A stretch of 64,000 nucleotides of DNA. Source: Candidatus Omnitrophota bacterium (GTDB taxonomy: Bacteria > Omnitrophota > Gorgyraeia > Duberdicusellales > 4484-171). Numbering within the stretch: the first letter of the stretch is position 1; the number at the start of each line of letters is the position of its first letter. Both the position numbers and the translations under genes were made by a program. The notes under the pieces were generated by a model, which was not told the DNA's origin, searched no databases, and saw only the letters and a program-made list of their open reading frames with translations. The stretch is from assembly GCA_003154195.1 (NCBI GenBank), contig PMCS01000008.1, positions 15,366 through 79,365 of the forward strand, given 5' to 3'. Of this stretch, positions 18,463-28,184 are shown one piece after another.

Positions 18463-19284
18463 TTAATTGCCCCTTACAATCCCGCCCTTAAGGCTCACCT
18501 TAATACAGGTAATGGGTATTTTATTCTTTGCCTTATCGCAAGCTTGCTGGGCGAGATACAATAAACCGCCGCAGCAGGGAACTTCCATAATCATCACCGT
18601 CAGTGATTTGATCTTCGCCTTATCAATCAAACCAACGATCTTTTCAATATAACGTTCCTTATCGCCGTCGAGTTTGGGACAGGCAATCGCCAACGGCTTG
18701 CCTTTCAAATAATCTTTATGAAAATCAGCAGCGGCATAAGCCACACAATCGGCGCAAAGCAAAACATCTTTCCCCTGAAAATAAGGCGCCTGCGCCGAAA
18801 CCAGATGCAATTGCACCGGCCACTGCCGAAGTTGAGATTTGCGCGCACCGTCTTCCGCCTCATCAATTTGCGCTTCGCCGGGAAAATCCCTCATTGCCAC
18901 CCCGGGACAGGAACAGGCCTCGCCTTTCTTTAACAAACTTACCTTAATATTATTATCCGCTGACAAATCCATCGCCTCCCTTAAGTATTCTTTCTGGCCA
19001 TGGTCTTTCAAATGTTTCAGGTGGGCAATAATCACTTCCTGCCCGCCTTGAGCAATATTTTTCATCGTTTCTTTTTCGCTATAAGCACAGGCTTCCCTCT
19101 CCATGATAGAGATTGCTTTTTCAGGGCATTGGCCGATACAAGCCCCTAACCCGTCGCAGAATATCTCCGCGGCCAGCTTTGCTTTGCCGTTGATTATCTG
19201 GATTGCCCCCTCCGGGCACCCAGAAGCGCAAACCCCACATCCATTGCATTTTTCTTCGTCGATAGTAATTATCTTACGTTTCAT
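18463..19284 (-). CDS. 4Fe-4S ferredoxin-domain protein
   Basis: CNGCGVC...CPEGAI, CDGLGACIGQCP, QWPVQL, ACPKLD, MEVPCC. Confidence 0.9.
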   Translation of the reverse strand: MKRKIITIDEEKCNGCGVCASGCPEGAIQIINGKAKLAAEIFCDGLGACIGQCPEKAISIMEREACAYSEKETMKNIAQGGQEVIIAHLKHLKDHGQKEYLREAMDLSADNNIKVSLLKKGEACSCPGVAMRDFPGEAQIDEAEDGARKSQLRQWPVQLHLVSAQAPYFQGKDVLLCADCVAYAAADFHKDYLKGKPLAIACPKLDGDKERYIEKIVGLIDKAKIKSLTVMIMEVPCCGGLLYLAQQACDKAKNKIPITCIKVSLKGGIVRGN

Positions 19285-19293
19285 CGATTACCC

Positions 19294-19692
19294 TCAAATC
19301 ATCAAATCCCGAATAGTTATATTTTCGAATTCCTTTATAACCTTACGCTCGATACATCTTATTTTCTTACGCAACGAGCAGTTCGCCCGGTTAGCGCAGA
19401 CTATCCTTCGAAACATGCATTGTGAAAACTCGATTTTTCCCTGGAATAATTCCATAATCGCGGCCAAGCTTATTCGCTCCGGAGTTTTCAGGATAGCGCT
19501 CCCGCCATCAATACCCTCTTTAGCCTGGATAATCCGCTCTTTTATCAAAGTTTGCAAGATTCTTCGTAAAAACGGCAATGGTATTTTCTGGCTTTCGGCA
19601 ATGCGACGCGAAGAAAAAAATTTTCCCCGTCGCTTCGCCAGATAGGCCAGCGCCCTTACCGCGTAATCCGTGTGTTTCGTTATCAACTTCAT
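19294..19692 (-). CDS. Rrf2 family transcriptional regulator
   Basis: TDYAVRAL, wHTH, G..GG, three Cys (C..C..C). Confidence 0.92.
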   Translation of the reverse strand: MKLITKHTDYAVRALAYLAKRRGKFFSSRRIAESQKIPLPFLRRILQTLIKERIIQAKEGIDGGSAILKTPERISLAAIMELFQGKIEFSQCMFRRIVCANRANCSLRKKIRCIERKVIKEFENITIRDLMI

Positions 19693-19729
19693 CTAATACT
19701 ATTTTAGTATTAGTTTAATAAAATGTCAA
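19693..19729 (-). promoter_or_regulatory. Sigma70 promoter with overlapping 9-3-9 palindromic Rrf2 operator
   Basis: TTGACA-17-TAAAAT; ctaatacta-ttt-tagtattag at 19693-19713 abuts the ATG. Confidence 0.8.
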
Positions 19730-19923
19730 GGATAATTTATTTTCCGGATAAATTATCCTTGATTCTGAAGCCAACGGCCGAAGAATCTTCGATAAGAAAT
19801 AACCACCTTCCGAGATGCTCAAGGCAACTAAAAAAATAATTGGCAAGTTTGACGGACTCATCGGCCCGCCTCTGGCTGGATTTAGATATGAGTGATTGTC
19901 GCGAGAAAAGAAAAATATTACTG

Positions 19924-20466
19924 CTATTCCCGCGCCGGGAGCGCGGAAGGTTGCTCTGTGGGCTTCTTTTCTATAACCCTCAGCGAACTTTGAATCTGCG
20001 CCGACTTAAGCTGGTTCTTAATCTGCGTTATCTCCGATTCAATATTGGCCACTGTTTCCTTATTAAGTAAATCGACGCCGGCCTTTATCGCGTCTATTTT
20101 CTGAGTCGTTTCCAACAAAGCTTTAAAATAATCTTTCTGCCATGACTTGATGTCGTTTTCCAAATCGGTAATCTTCGAAGAAATATCATTGATTGTCGCT
20201 CGGTCGGATTTAAGCTTGATCTCCACGGCCGATAAAGAATCGGCGTATTTGGTAAATTTAGCGGCCAACTGAGCGATATTCTCCTTAAACGCGGAAAGTT
20301 GTTCCTGAAAAGAATCAACTTTTCCCTGCAAAGAAGCGGCCTGCCGGGAAAAATCTTCGTTGCGCCGGCCATAGTCTTTATAAAAGAAAACTGTAAACGC
20401 TATGCTTGCCGAAAGAGCGATAAACATTACCGCCAGGATAATGATTAAAACAATGTTTTTTTTCAT
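19924..20466 (-). CDS. Membrane-anchored coiled-coil hypothetical protein
   Basis: N-terminal TM then heptad-rich sequence; overlaps metF stop. Confidence 0.75.
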   Translation of the reverse strand: MKKNIVLIIILAVMFIALSASIAFTVFFYKDYGRRNEDFSRQAASLQGKVDSFQEQLSAFKENIAQLAAKFTKYADSLSAVEIKLKSDRATINDISSKITDLENDIKSWQKDYFKALLETTQKIDAIKAGVDLLNKETVANIESEITQIKNQLKSAQIQSSLRVIEKKPTEQPSALPARE

Positions 20467-21323
20467 CTTATGGCCTCAACTATTTTTTTTATTACCTCTG
20501 CTTTATTTAACGTAAAGAAATGTAAAAACTTTACCCCGTTAGCCAAAAGGCCGCGGCACTGTTTTATGGTAAATTCTAAACCCGCCTTCTCCATTTCCTG
20601 CGGTTTATTTAAAAAAGGTTCGACTTGTTTTATGAGACTTTCGGGTATCGTAGTCCGGCAAATCGAAACAAACTGGCGAAGCTTATTCAAATCAGTCACC
20701 GGCATAATCCCCGGTACAATCGGAATGTTTATCCCGCGGCCACGGCACTTTTCATAAAAATTATGATAGAAAGTATTGTCAAAAAACATCTGCGTCACTG
20801 CGAATTCCGCCCCGCAATCTATTTTACGCCTTGTATAATCAAGGTCGGCCTCAAGCGACGCCGATTCGATATGGCCCTCGGGATACACCGCGACGCCGAT
20901 AGAAAAATTGCCGTATTGCTTTACGAACGAAACCAAATCCCGCGCATGAACAAATTCGCCTTTCGTAATATCAAAATCCGGCGCGTCGCGGGGGATATCC
21001 CCTCGTAACGCCATGATGTTTTCTATGCCTTTTGTCTTATACTCATCAAGCAAAGAATCGATTGACGATTTTGTCGCTCCGATGCAAGTCAAATGCGGCA
21101 TCACCACCCGGTCGGTTTCCTCCATAAACATATAGACCGCTTCCTTGGTCATTTCCTGGGAAGCCCCACCGGCGCCGTAAGTCATCGACATATATAACGG
21201 GTTATAATTTTTAAGCGCCCTGACCGCCTGCCGGAGCTGTTCCTTACCCTTAGGGGTTTTATACGGAAAAAACTCAAAAGATACTCCGCTTTTGTTATCT
21301 TTTAATATCTGGCTTATTCTCAT
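20463..21323 (-). CDS. metF: 5,10-methylenetetrahydrofolate reductase
   Basis: SFEFFP, TYGAGG, HLTC, ALRGD, TQMFFD, HFFTLN. Confidence 0.96.
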   Translation of the reverse strand: MRISQILKDNKSGVSFEFFPYKTPKGKEQLRQAVRALKNYNPLYMSMTYGAGGASQEMTKEAVYMFMEETDRVVMPHLTCIGATKSSIDSLLDEYKTKGIENIMALRGDIPRDAPDFDITKGEFVHARDLVSFVKQYGNFSIGVAVYPEGHIESASLEADLDYTRRKIDCGAEFAVTQMFFDNTFYHNFYEKCRGRGINIPIVPGIMPVTDLNKLRQFVSICRTTIPESLIKQVEPFLNKPQEMEKAGLEFTIKQCRGLLANGVKFLHFFTLNKAEVIKKIVEAIR

Positions 21324-21341
21324 ACTCCCCCTTTTAAACTC

Positions 21342-21597
21342 GGTAAAGGTTACGGTTATGATACCTGTTTAAGCTAGGATTAAGGTTAAAGCTAAGGCTA
21401 AGGCTTTAGGAATATCCCTGTCATTTTAAATTGGACATTGAACATTTATCAATTATCATTGAAAAAATTCTTTATTTTCAGCTTCTTTCATTTTAAAATG
21501 ATAAATGTCCAATGCTAAATTTAAAATCATATCTATTCTTGCCGACGCCCTAACCGTTACCCTTACCCATACCGGCTTCATAGCCCTAGCCTTAACC
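21342..21597. repeat. Bracket family B (6-nt GGTTAA/TTAACC-type), enclosing a family C unit
   Basis: ggtaaa-ggttac-ggttat...ggctaa ... cctaac-cgttac-ccttac; shares accggcttcatagcccta with 63894-63911. Confidence 0.85.
21423..21527. repeat. Bracket family C (ATTTTAAATTGAACATTGAACATT...AATGCTAAATTTAAAAT), copy 1
   Basis: Terminal IR attttaaatt/aatttaaaat with 7-nt periodic arms. Confidence 0.88.
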
Positions 21598-21612
21598 AAG
21601 TATCGAACCTGA

Positions 21613-22968
21613 TTATGTCAAATGTAGATATGGTTTCCCCTCCGTCAACGGATTAAGGAAACGAGAAATCTCTAACGCGCCCTTACGTTCTTTTAAATTA
21701 ATTATTTCTTTTTTATCCGCAAGCACAATTGTTTCAACTATCGGCGAAAATATATCGTCGCCGTTTTCGTCCCTCACCACGGCAACCCTTCCATCGCTTA
21801 AAGCGACAAGCGCGCCTATCGGCCAGACGCCCATTACTTTAAAAAACTCATCAAAAAGCTTCGGCTCGAACAAACCCCCTTGTTCCTTAAGCATCGTTTC
21901 ATAGATAAGCTTCGGCGCGTAATCGCGCTTATAGCTGCGCCGCTGGCCCAACGCGTCGTAAACATCACAAAGGGTGACTAAAGAAGAAACCAAATGCGGT
22001 TTGTAAGAAAAGAATAACTTCGGGTAACCGGTTGAATCGTACCGGGCGTGATGCTCAAACGCGACAACCACCGGTAAAAAACCTAAACTGTCGGTATATC
22101 TTAAAAGAATCTCCGCACCAAGGTAGCTGTGGCTCTTCATCAAAGCAAATTCTTCATCGCTTAAGCGCGATTCCTTGCCGATAATTTTTCGGGAAATATC
22201 AACCTTGCCGATATCATGGAAAAGAGCGGCAATACCGATATCCACGACATCATCTTTGGAAAAACCGAGACGGGAAGAAAAATACATCGCTAAAACGCAA
22301 ACATTCAATAAATGCATAAAAGTAGAAACATCGTATTTTTTTATCGCGGTTAATTTAAGAAAATCACTGTACCGGGTCATGAGATTTTCCATAACATTCA
22401 CGATATTAAACCGTAGCTGGAGGTAATCAACGTCTTCCTGCCCCAAGATAAAATCCACGGAATCGGTAATACGGTCCAAAGAATCTTCGTATTTTTTGAA
22501 AGGGCCGGCCGCCTCCTTAGGCTCTTGCCCGGCTCCCTGGCGCGGCACGCCGCCTGACGGCGACGCCGTAATTTTTCCCACGCTGATGTTTTTGATGCCC
22601 AAAAGGCTCAAGTTTTGCGGATTCTTTTCAAAATTTACCGATTGCTCCGAAAGAAGGGAAAGAAATTTAATAAATTCCTGTTTATCTAATCCGCGGCAAA
22701 AGCTTATCCTCTCAATACCCCTGGCCTTTAAATAAAGAATCATACTGCGAAGTTTCTTGCTCAATTCAAAAAATATTTCCGTCTCATACGCCAGCTCTTC
22801 CCCCACAATCCCGAGGATCAGCTCATCCTTTTTCCGAAGAATATCGTCTAAATCGCCGAACGCTGTATCGGCAGATTCACTGAATTTAGGATGAGTGGTC
22901 GTATATATTTTAGCGATCTGAAATGCCGAGATGAAATTTTTTAAAAAAGTTTCAATCTTTTCCAGCAT
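21613..22968 (-). CDS. HD-GYP domain phosphodiesterase
   Basis: HDIGK, EHH.RYD.TGYP, DVYDAL..RRSYK; start moved to ATG 22968 after SD. Confidence 0.9.
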   Translation of the reverse strand: MLEKIETFLKNFISAFQIAKIYTTTHPKFSESADTAFGDLDDILRKKDELILGIVGEELAYETEIFFELSKKLRSMILYLKARGIERISFCRGLDKQEFIKFLSLLSEQSVNFEKNPQNLSLLGIKNISVGKITASPSGGVPRQGAGQEPKEAAGPFKKYEDSLDRITDSVDFILGQEDVDYLQLRFNIVNVMENLMTRYSDFLKLTAIKKYDVSTFMHLLNVCVLAMYFSSRLGFSKDDVVDIGIAALFHDIGKVDISRKIIGKESRLSDEEFALMKSHSYLGAEILLRYTDSLGFLPVVVAFEHHARYDSTGYPKLFFSYKPHLVSSLVTLCDVYDALGQRRSYKRDYAPKLIYETMLKEQGGLFEPKLFDEFFKVMGVWPIGALVALSDGRVAVVRDENGDDIFSPIVETIVLADKKEIINLKERKGALEISRFLNPLTEGKPYLHLT

Positions 22969-24886
22969 TCCACCTCTCCAGAAGTTTACGGGATTTGCGC
23001 CGCAGTCTCCATTTAAACAAAGATTTTGTTTTGCTGAAATCGTTGAGGTATCTTTCCGCCTCTCTGACGCCAAGCGCGGCGACAATATCGATATTCTCTT
23101 CTAAAATCCTATTTTTCAGCCCGAATTTATTGGGGTAGCAAAACATAAACCGCATTGCTTCCTCTATAAGTTTTGAATCTTTAGCTATAGCCGAAAGCGC
23201 CGCTTTCTTTAAAAGAAAACTCTCTTTTTTCAGAACCGAAAATAAAAAATCTGCGTCGCGAGCTTCGCTCTCCCCCATAATCCCCAATATCTCTATCTTG
23301 GCTAAATCATTCGTTAAATTAAAAATATTTTTGAAAAACTCCCGCGCCGAAGATGCGTTGACATCTTTTGCCGCACCGATAAGTTTTCTGATAAAAGCTG
23401 TATCGGAAATTTTCTCTCTTATTTTCTTTAAAAATAAGTCGCCATCGCTGCCGAAAAACTTAAAGAATAACCGCAGAATACGGGAATCAACCCTATTTTG
23501 TTTAAAAATCTTATCCAGATAGAATTCAACCCCCAAAGAGCTGACTGCCAGATGTTCACTTAAAAGTCCGGCTTGCCGGGTATCGCTGTTTTCCAGAACA
23601 TAATTTTCCAGAAAACAAGATAGTTTATTATAGAGAACGAAAAAAATATCCCCCGGTTGGCTGATTCCTTTATTTTTCTCGTTAAAAACAATCAGGCTTT
23701 GCGTTAGATAATCAATATTCCCGGTATTTATTATATTATCCCACTCATCGGAAATCTTTTTTAAGATAATATCGAGTTTAACGCGTTTATTTTCCTGAGC
23801 GAGAAGATTCAACAAAATACAACGGTAGTTGTCATAAAGGGTGGAACGTTCAAAAACAAAATCGTTGCGGGATTCCGGCTCTTCATAAAGCGAAGCAACA
23901 ACCTTGCGATAGATTCCGGAAATTACCGGCGAAAATTCGACGGATAGTAATTCTTTCATTTTTTTCCGCGCCGCCGTTTTATTTTTTATCGCGGGATGGC
24001 CGGCGGACTTAGCGGAAAAGGAAGCGGCTACGGTCTCCTGTTTCGTTTTATCCATAAGCTGGGCGAACAAGCCAAACGCCGTGGAATCAAAATTATCATC
24101 GCCGGTCAGCCCATCCCAAAGAGTATCCGCAAAATCATCCGCTTCAAAAGTATCTAAGATTTCTTTTATTTTGTTTACATTAGTTTCTCCCAGATTATTT
24201 TTATTTTTTATAATTAATTTAATAAAATCTTTCGAGCATTGGCTGAATTTATCCTTATGCTTGTCTTTTAGAAATAGGAAGAATTTCTTTAAAACATCTT
24301 TGAGCGCTTCCTTTTCTGTAAAATCTTTCAGCTTAAACTTTTCGATGATTGTGCCGAACTTATCGGCTAATTCGCCAATTTCTCCGGCGTTCTGGTTCTC
24401 CACCGCCTTATTGAGTAAATATCCCCAGATATCCTTATACTCCTCCCCCTCGCCTTTTAAAAACTGTGAATAATCCAATTCCTCCACGGTAATATTGTTA
24501 ATTTTATTTTTTCCAAGGATAAAAGCCATGCCTCCTTCCTTGAATGTATTCTTAGCGGACAAACCGACCGCGGATAAAAATAAATCCCACTCTTGCGCGG
24601 TTACGCCCTTTTTTATTTCCAGGCTTTTTATTTTCCGGGAATGAAAAAGTTGAGCCAGTTCTTCATATAGTTTTACCTTCTCCCAATACTGGCCATCAAT
24701 CATCAGAGAAGACGAAGTAAAACCTATTCTGATGGGGCAGGCAAATTCAAAAAGCGAATCGGTCTTTTTTCTTAGATCATCCACGGATTTGCGAAAAAGC
24801 GGATGCTCCGTGGAATAGACCGAAACATTATTGAGCGCCACCCGAAAACTTTTAAAAAATTCTTCGTAAGCGGTAGTTTTATCCAT
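22952..24886 (-). CDS. Large alpha-helical (HEAT-like) hypothetical protein
   Basis: About 645 codons; N-terminal Y..EHPLF segment resembles the N-terminus of the coupled HD-GYP protein. Confidence 0.75.
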   Translation of the reverse strand: MDKTTAYEEFFKSFRVALNNVSVYSTEHPLFRKSVDDLRKKTDSLFEFACPIRIGFTSSSLMIDGQYWEKVKLYEELAQLFHSRKIKSLEIKKGVTAQEWDLFLSAVGLSAKNTFKEGGMAFILGKNKINNITVEELDYSQFLKGEGEEYKDIWGYLLNKAVENQNAGEIGELADKFGTIIEKFKLKDFTEKEALKDVLKKFFLFLKDKHKDKFSQCSKDFIKLIIKNKNNLGETNVNKIKEILDTFEADDFADTLWDGLTGDDNFDSTAFGLFAQLMDKTKQETVAASFSAKSAGHPAIKNKTAARKKMKELLSVEFSPVISGIYRKVVASLYEEPESRNDFVFERSTLYDNYRCILLNLLAQENKRVKLDIILKKISDEWDNIINTGNIDYLTQSLIVFNEKNKGISQPGDIFFVLYNKLSCFLENYVLENSDTRQAGLLSEHLAVSSLGVEFYLDKIFKQNRVDSRILRLFFKFFGSDGDLFLKKIREKISDTAFIRKLIGAAKDVNASSAREFFKNIFNLTNDLAKIEILGIMGESEARDADFLFSVLKKESFLLKKAALSAIAKDSKLIEEAMRFMFCYPNKFGLKNRILEENIDIVAALGVREAERYLNDFSKTKSLFKWRLRRKSRKLLERWNAGKD

Positions 24887-24908
24887 GTTCAAACCTTGAA
24901 ACCCCACT

Positions 24909-24992
24909 AGAGTGTCATAGTGTCAAAGTATACCCCTTGTAGCGCTCCGACACTCCATCTGGCTCTCTGACACTTTGACGCTCTGACGCTTT
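24909..24992. repeat. Bracket family D (8-nt GTGTCAAA / TGACGCTT), copy after ftsA
   Basis: gtgtcata-gtgtcaaa ... tgacactt-tgacgctc-tgacgctt. Confidence 0.88.
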
Positions 24993-24997
24993 CGCGC

Positions 24998-26143
24998 TCA
25001 AAAGTATTCTCTATAAATCTGCGCAATCTTCTCCCGGATTGTTTGGCTTTTCCCCCGCTCTAAAAACCGGGTTAGCCCATAGCGTATACACCCATAAGAA
25101 GAAGACAAGAGACCCTGCGGCAAAGAAGAAACGGCAAGTTGAGAAGGCAGTAATTCTTTTACGAAAGAAAAAAAACCCTCTTTACCGTTCAGCCTTCCTA
25201 AAAAATAGAGCGAAAAAGGCGCGCTGACTTTGCCGCCGATGCTTGAAACCATCGCTTCAATCTGGCCCTTGATATAAATCTTCAAAAAACTGTTGATCGC
25301 GTTTGTACTCAAATTCATATACGTGCTGCCGTCTCTAATACTTATCTCTTTGGCAGGTGGCACCTCGGTAAACGACGCATAATTGTCGAAAATATTCTGC
25401 GCCAGGTTAAATGACAACAGGAAATTCTTTTCCAGCGCTTCGATAATTTTTTTAATTCCAAAATCAAACTCGCCGACGCAATCCACCGAGCCTTGTGAAC
25501 ATGCTACGACACGACTGTGGTCATAGCCGATGCTTAAAGCCGCTTCTACGCCTTCGGTTTTGCAATCGCATAGAAACATCGCAACAATACCAAAATCGTG
25601 CGCCGTAAAATTAACCAAGCGCCGGTCGAAATTGGCAAAAAGTTCTCCCACTTCGCGGCGTACGCTATCCTTAATCCAGAAAATATGGGAATTAAGTTTG
25701 ATTTTTCTTGCCCATACGCCCAGGGGAGGCATCCGGTGGACAACCCCATCGATCTCATAATTATTCACAAAATGGTGAAGACAGTAATCATCCCAATCCA
25801 GAAAAACGTCTTCCACATACTTTTTAGACCGAACAATATCCCTGGCGCTTATTTTTTTTACTCGCTTCAAAGGAACAACTTCTTCTACGATGCTGTGGTT
25901 TTCGCAAGCCGGCGGCAAATTAATATAAATATCGCAAAACCGGTGTGATAATTCTTTTTCCTGACTTTTTATTTGCGCGTTAAACGTGTCGCAATTTTTC
26001 CTAAAAAAATCGGCGATGTCGGTTTCCCATGGCACACACAACGATATTTCTTTAATAAAATTTAGCTTCCCCTTCTCGAGAGAAGCTAAAGAAATAAAAG
26101 TTTTATCGCGATCGATATCAAAACCGCAAATACCTTTCATCAT
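24998..26143 (-). CDS. ftsA: Cell division protein FtsA, divergent
   Basis: Position after ftsQ; CGFDID, YEIDG...PLG, final YREYF; ATPase motifs degenerate. Confidence 0.75.
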   Translation of the reverse strand: MMKGICGFDIDRDKTFISLASLEKGKLNFIKEISLCVPWETDIADFFRKNCDTFNAQIKSQEKELSHRFCDIYINLPPACENHSIVEEVVPLKRVKKISARDIVRSKKYVEDVFLDWDDYCLHHFVNNYEIDGVVHRMPPLGVWARKIKLNSHIFWIKDSVRREVGELFANFDRRLVNFTAHDFGIVAMFLCDCKTEGVEAALSIGYDHSRVVACSQGSVDCVGEFDFGIKKIIEALEKNFLLSFNLAQNIFDNYASFTEVPPAKEISIRDGSTYMNLSTNAINSFLKIYIKGQIEAMVSSIGGKVSAPFSLYFLGRLNGKEGFFSFVKELLPSQLAVSSLPQGLLSSSYGCIRYGLTRFLERGKSQTIREKIAQIYREYF

Positions 26144-26161
26144 TTAACCCTTCACAACCCC

Positions 26162-26265
26162 GTAGGGGCGAGGCCTGCCTCGCCCTATACTAAATAATTT
26201 TTAACATTATTTTCATCGGATAAATTGTTATTTTTATTAGAGGGCCGGGCAGGCCCGGCCCCTAC
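26162..26265. repeat. REPIN-like inverted REP doublet (GTAG-type)
   Basis: gtaggggcgaggcctgcctcgccct ... agggccgggcaggcccggcccctac. Confidence 0.88.
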
Positions 26266-26329
26266 TATTAATTATCTTTTCTATTTTTCTTTCGTCTTTC
26301 ATCTTTCATCCTTCGGTTTCTTCTCCTCT

Positions 26330-27121
26330 CTATTTCACTCCGATGTATCCTTCTTTGAACCGCAAATCAATGTATTTTACGCCCGCCAGATTTCCTTTTA
26401 ATTTTTCGTTCACTAAATTATCGAAAATAAAAAGTTTATGTTCGACGTCATCGATGCCGATAATAACCTTTACCGCGTTTGTTTCTTCCGGACGGTCTTT
26501 GCTGCCGATCATAAAGCTTAAAGCGGGCAGAGATGTCGCGTTAATCGAAGTTATGACAAACCTCTTAACCACATCCTTACCTTGAAACGCCTCCCATAAA
26601 ATAAATGCGTATTCCAGCCGTTTGTCTCTGATCAAATCGCCCGGATCAAGTTTCCGCGCCCGGTCATACAGGTCTATGGCAACAAAATTATCAAACGGCT
26701 CGGCGCTGCCGCCGCTTAAAATAACGCCTTCCCGGTCAATAAGATAAAATAAGCTATTTTTAATTTGCGCTAAAGGCCGGCGCTTCTTGATCAGTATCTT
26801 AACTGTCGCGGGAAATTCTTTTAAAACGCACACTTCCTGGTATAGAGGATTGCCTTCCAGCAGCATCCGGCGGATTTTTCCCGCGTCTAAAGAAAAAAGA
26901 GATTTTCCGGAAATCTCCCTTTTTGTGTTTTTGTCTAAAACAACATTCGACTTGACACAGTTTTCATTAACCAAAAAAGTATTGGATTGCGACAAAAACG
27001 TTTCCGCTGTTTTATACAAATAGCTAAGCAAAAACAAAGAAAAAATAAAAACGAGCGCGGTTTTGATCAACCGAGAATCTAATTTGAAATTTGCCCTGTT
27101 AGCTTTTTTTCCTTTTCTCAT
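26330..27121 (-). CDS. ftsQ: Cell division protein FtsQ/DivIB
   Basis: TM, POTRA-like region (FPATV.I...RRP), YIDLRF. Confidence 0.88.
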   Translation of the reverse strand: MRKGKKANRANFKLDSRLIKTALVFIFSLFLLSYLYKTAETFLSQSNTFLVNENCVKSNVVLDKNTKREISGKSLFSLDAGKIRRMLLEGNPLYQEVCVLKEFPATVKILIKKRRPLAQIKNSLFYLIDREGVILSGGSAEPFDNFVAIDLYDRARKLDPGDLIRDKRLEYAFILWEAFQGKDVVKRFVITSINATSLPALSFMIGSKDRPEETNAVKVIIGIDDVEHKLFIFDNLVNEKLKGNLAGVKYIDLRFKEGYIGVK

Positions 27122-28040
27122 TTAGCCCCATTAAGGTCATCTTTAAAATCAACTCATCGAAACTTATACCGCAATGTTTTGCCGCCAGAGGCAGAAGACT
27201 ATGCGTAGTCAAACCCGGTATAGAATTCACCTCAAGCACGTACGGACAATTATTTTTATCTAAAATTATATCAACCCGGGAAAAATGACGGCACCCTAAA
27301 GCCCTATGCGCTTTCAAGGCAACCGCCTGAACTATTTTACGGATATCATCCGCAAGCTTAGCCGGAACTATAAATTCCGCCAAGCCATCGCTATACTTTG
27401 CGGTAAAATCAAAATACCCTGTCTTAGGCGCTATCTCAATCACGCTAAGAGGATTTTCTTCTAAAATACCTACGGTTAATTCCCTTCCCGGTATGAATTC
27501 TTCCAGAACCGCCTTATTATTTAACGCTGAAACTTTGTCTAAAGCCGGATTTAAATCCTGCGCGTTCCGAACAATGGATAATCCTATGCTTGAACCGCCG
27601 AGGTGCGGTTTAACTACTACGGGATATCCCATCGATGGAGAAACCGGCGATCCTTCCTGCCAAACCGTAAAATGCGCGGTAGGAATTTTTTCCTTAAAAA
27701 ATATTTCTTTAGATTTTATCTTATTCATTGCCGTAGAGCTCGCCAGCGGCGATGAACCCGTATAGGCGATATTCATTTCTTCCAGGATCTGTTGTATCCT
27801 GCCGTCTTCACCAAACTCGCCGTGCAAAGCAATAAAAACCACATCCATACCGCAAGAAAGAAGATTTTTTACTTTTTCTTTATCACAAGTATTTATATCG
27901 ATAAAAATAGCGTCAACGGCCTGCCTCCTTAATGCCTTCAACGCCTCATTGGCGGAGATAAGAGAAATTTCCCTCTCACTGGAAACCCCGCCGCCCAAGA
28001 CGCCTACTTTAATATTTTTCAAATCACCGATACCGGTCAT
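27099..28040 (-). CDS. ddl: D-alanine--D-alanine ligase
   Basis: GGVSSEREISL, LHGEFGEDG, EVNSIPG; start moved out of the REP. Confidence 0.96.
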   Translation of the reverse strand: MTGIGDLKNIKVGVLGGGVSSEREISLISANEALKALRRQAVDAIFIDINTCDKEKVKNLLSCGMDVVFIALHGEFGEDGRIQQILEEMNIAYTGSSPLASSTAMNKIKSKEIFFKEKIPTAHFTVWQEGSPVSPSMGYPVVVKPHLGGSSIGLSIVRNAQDLNPALDKVSALNNKAVLEEFIPGRELTVGILEENPLSVIEIAPKTGYFDFTAKYSDGLAEFIVPAKLADDIRKIVQAVALKAHRALGCRHFSRVDIILDKNNCPYVLEVNSIPGLTTHSLLPLAAKHCGISFDELILKMTLMGLNEKRKKS

Positions 28041-28052
28041 ACTTAATATCTC

Positions 28053-28181
28053 GTAGGGGTCAGGCATGCCTGACCCGTTGATTTATATTTCAAAAATGTC
28101 AGATTTGAACAATCTGACGACAATCGATAAATTATTATTTTCCCGTATTTTATTAACGGGGCGGGCATGCCCGCCCCCTAC
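28053..28181. repeat. REPIN-like inverted REP doublet (GTAG-type)
   Basis: gtaggggtcaggcatgcctgaccc ... ggggcgggcatgcccgccccctac. Confidence 0.88.
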
Positions 28182-28184
28182 AGG

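Noticed and set aside
21324-21612. SAM or other riboswitch upstream of metF
   Set aside because: The region is explained by nested B and C brackets; no riboswitch consensus recognised.
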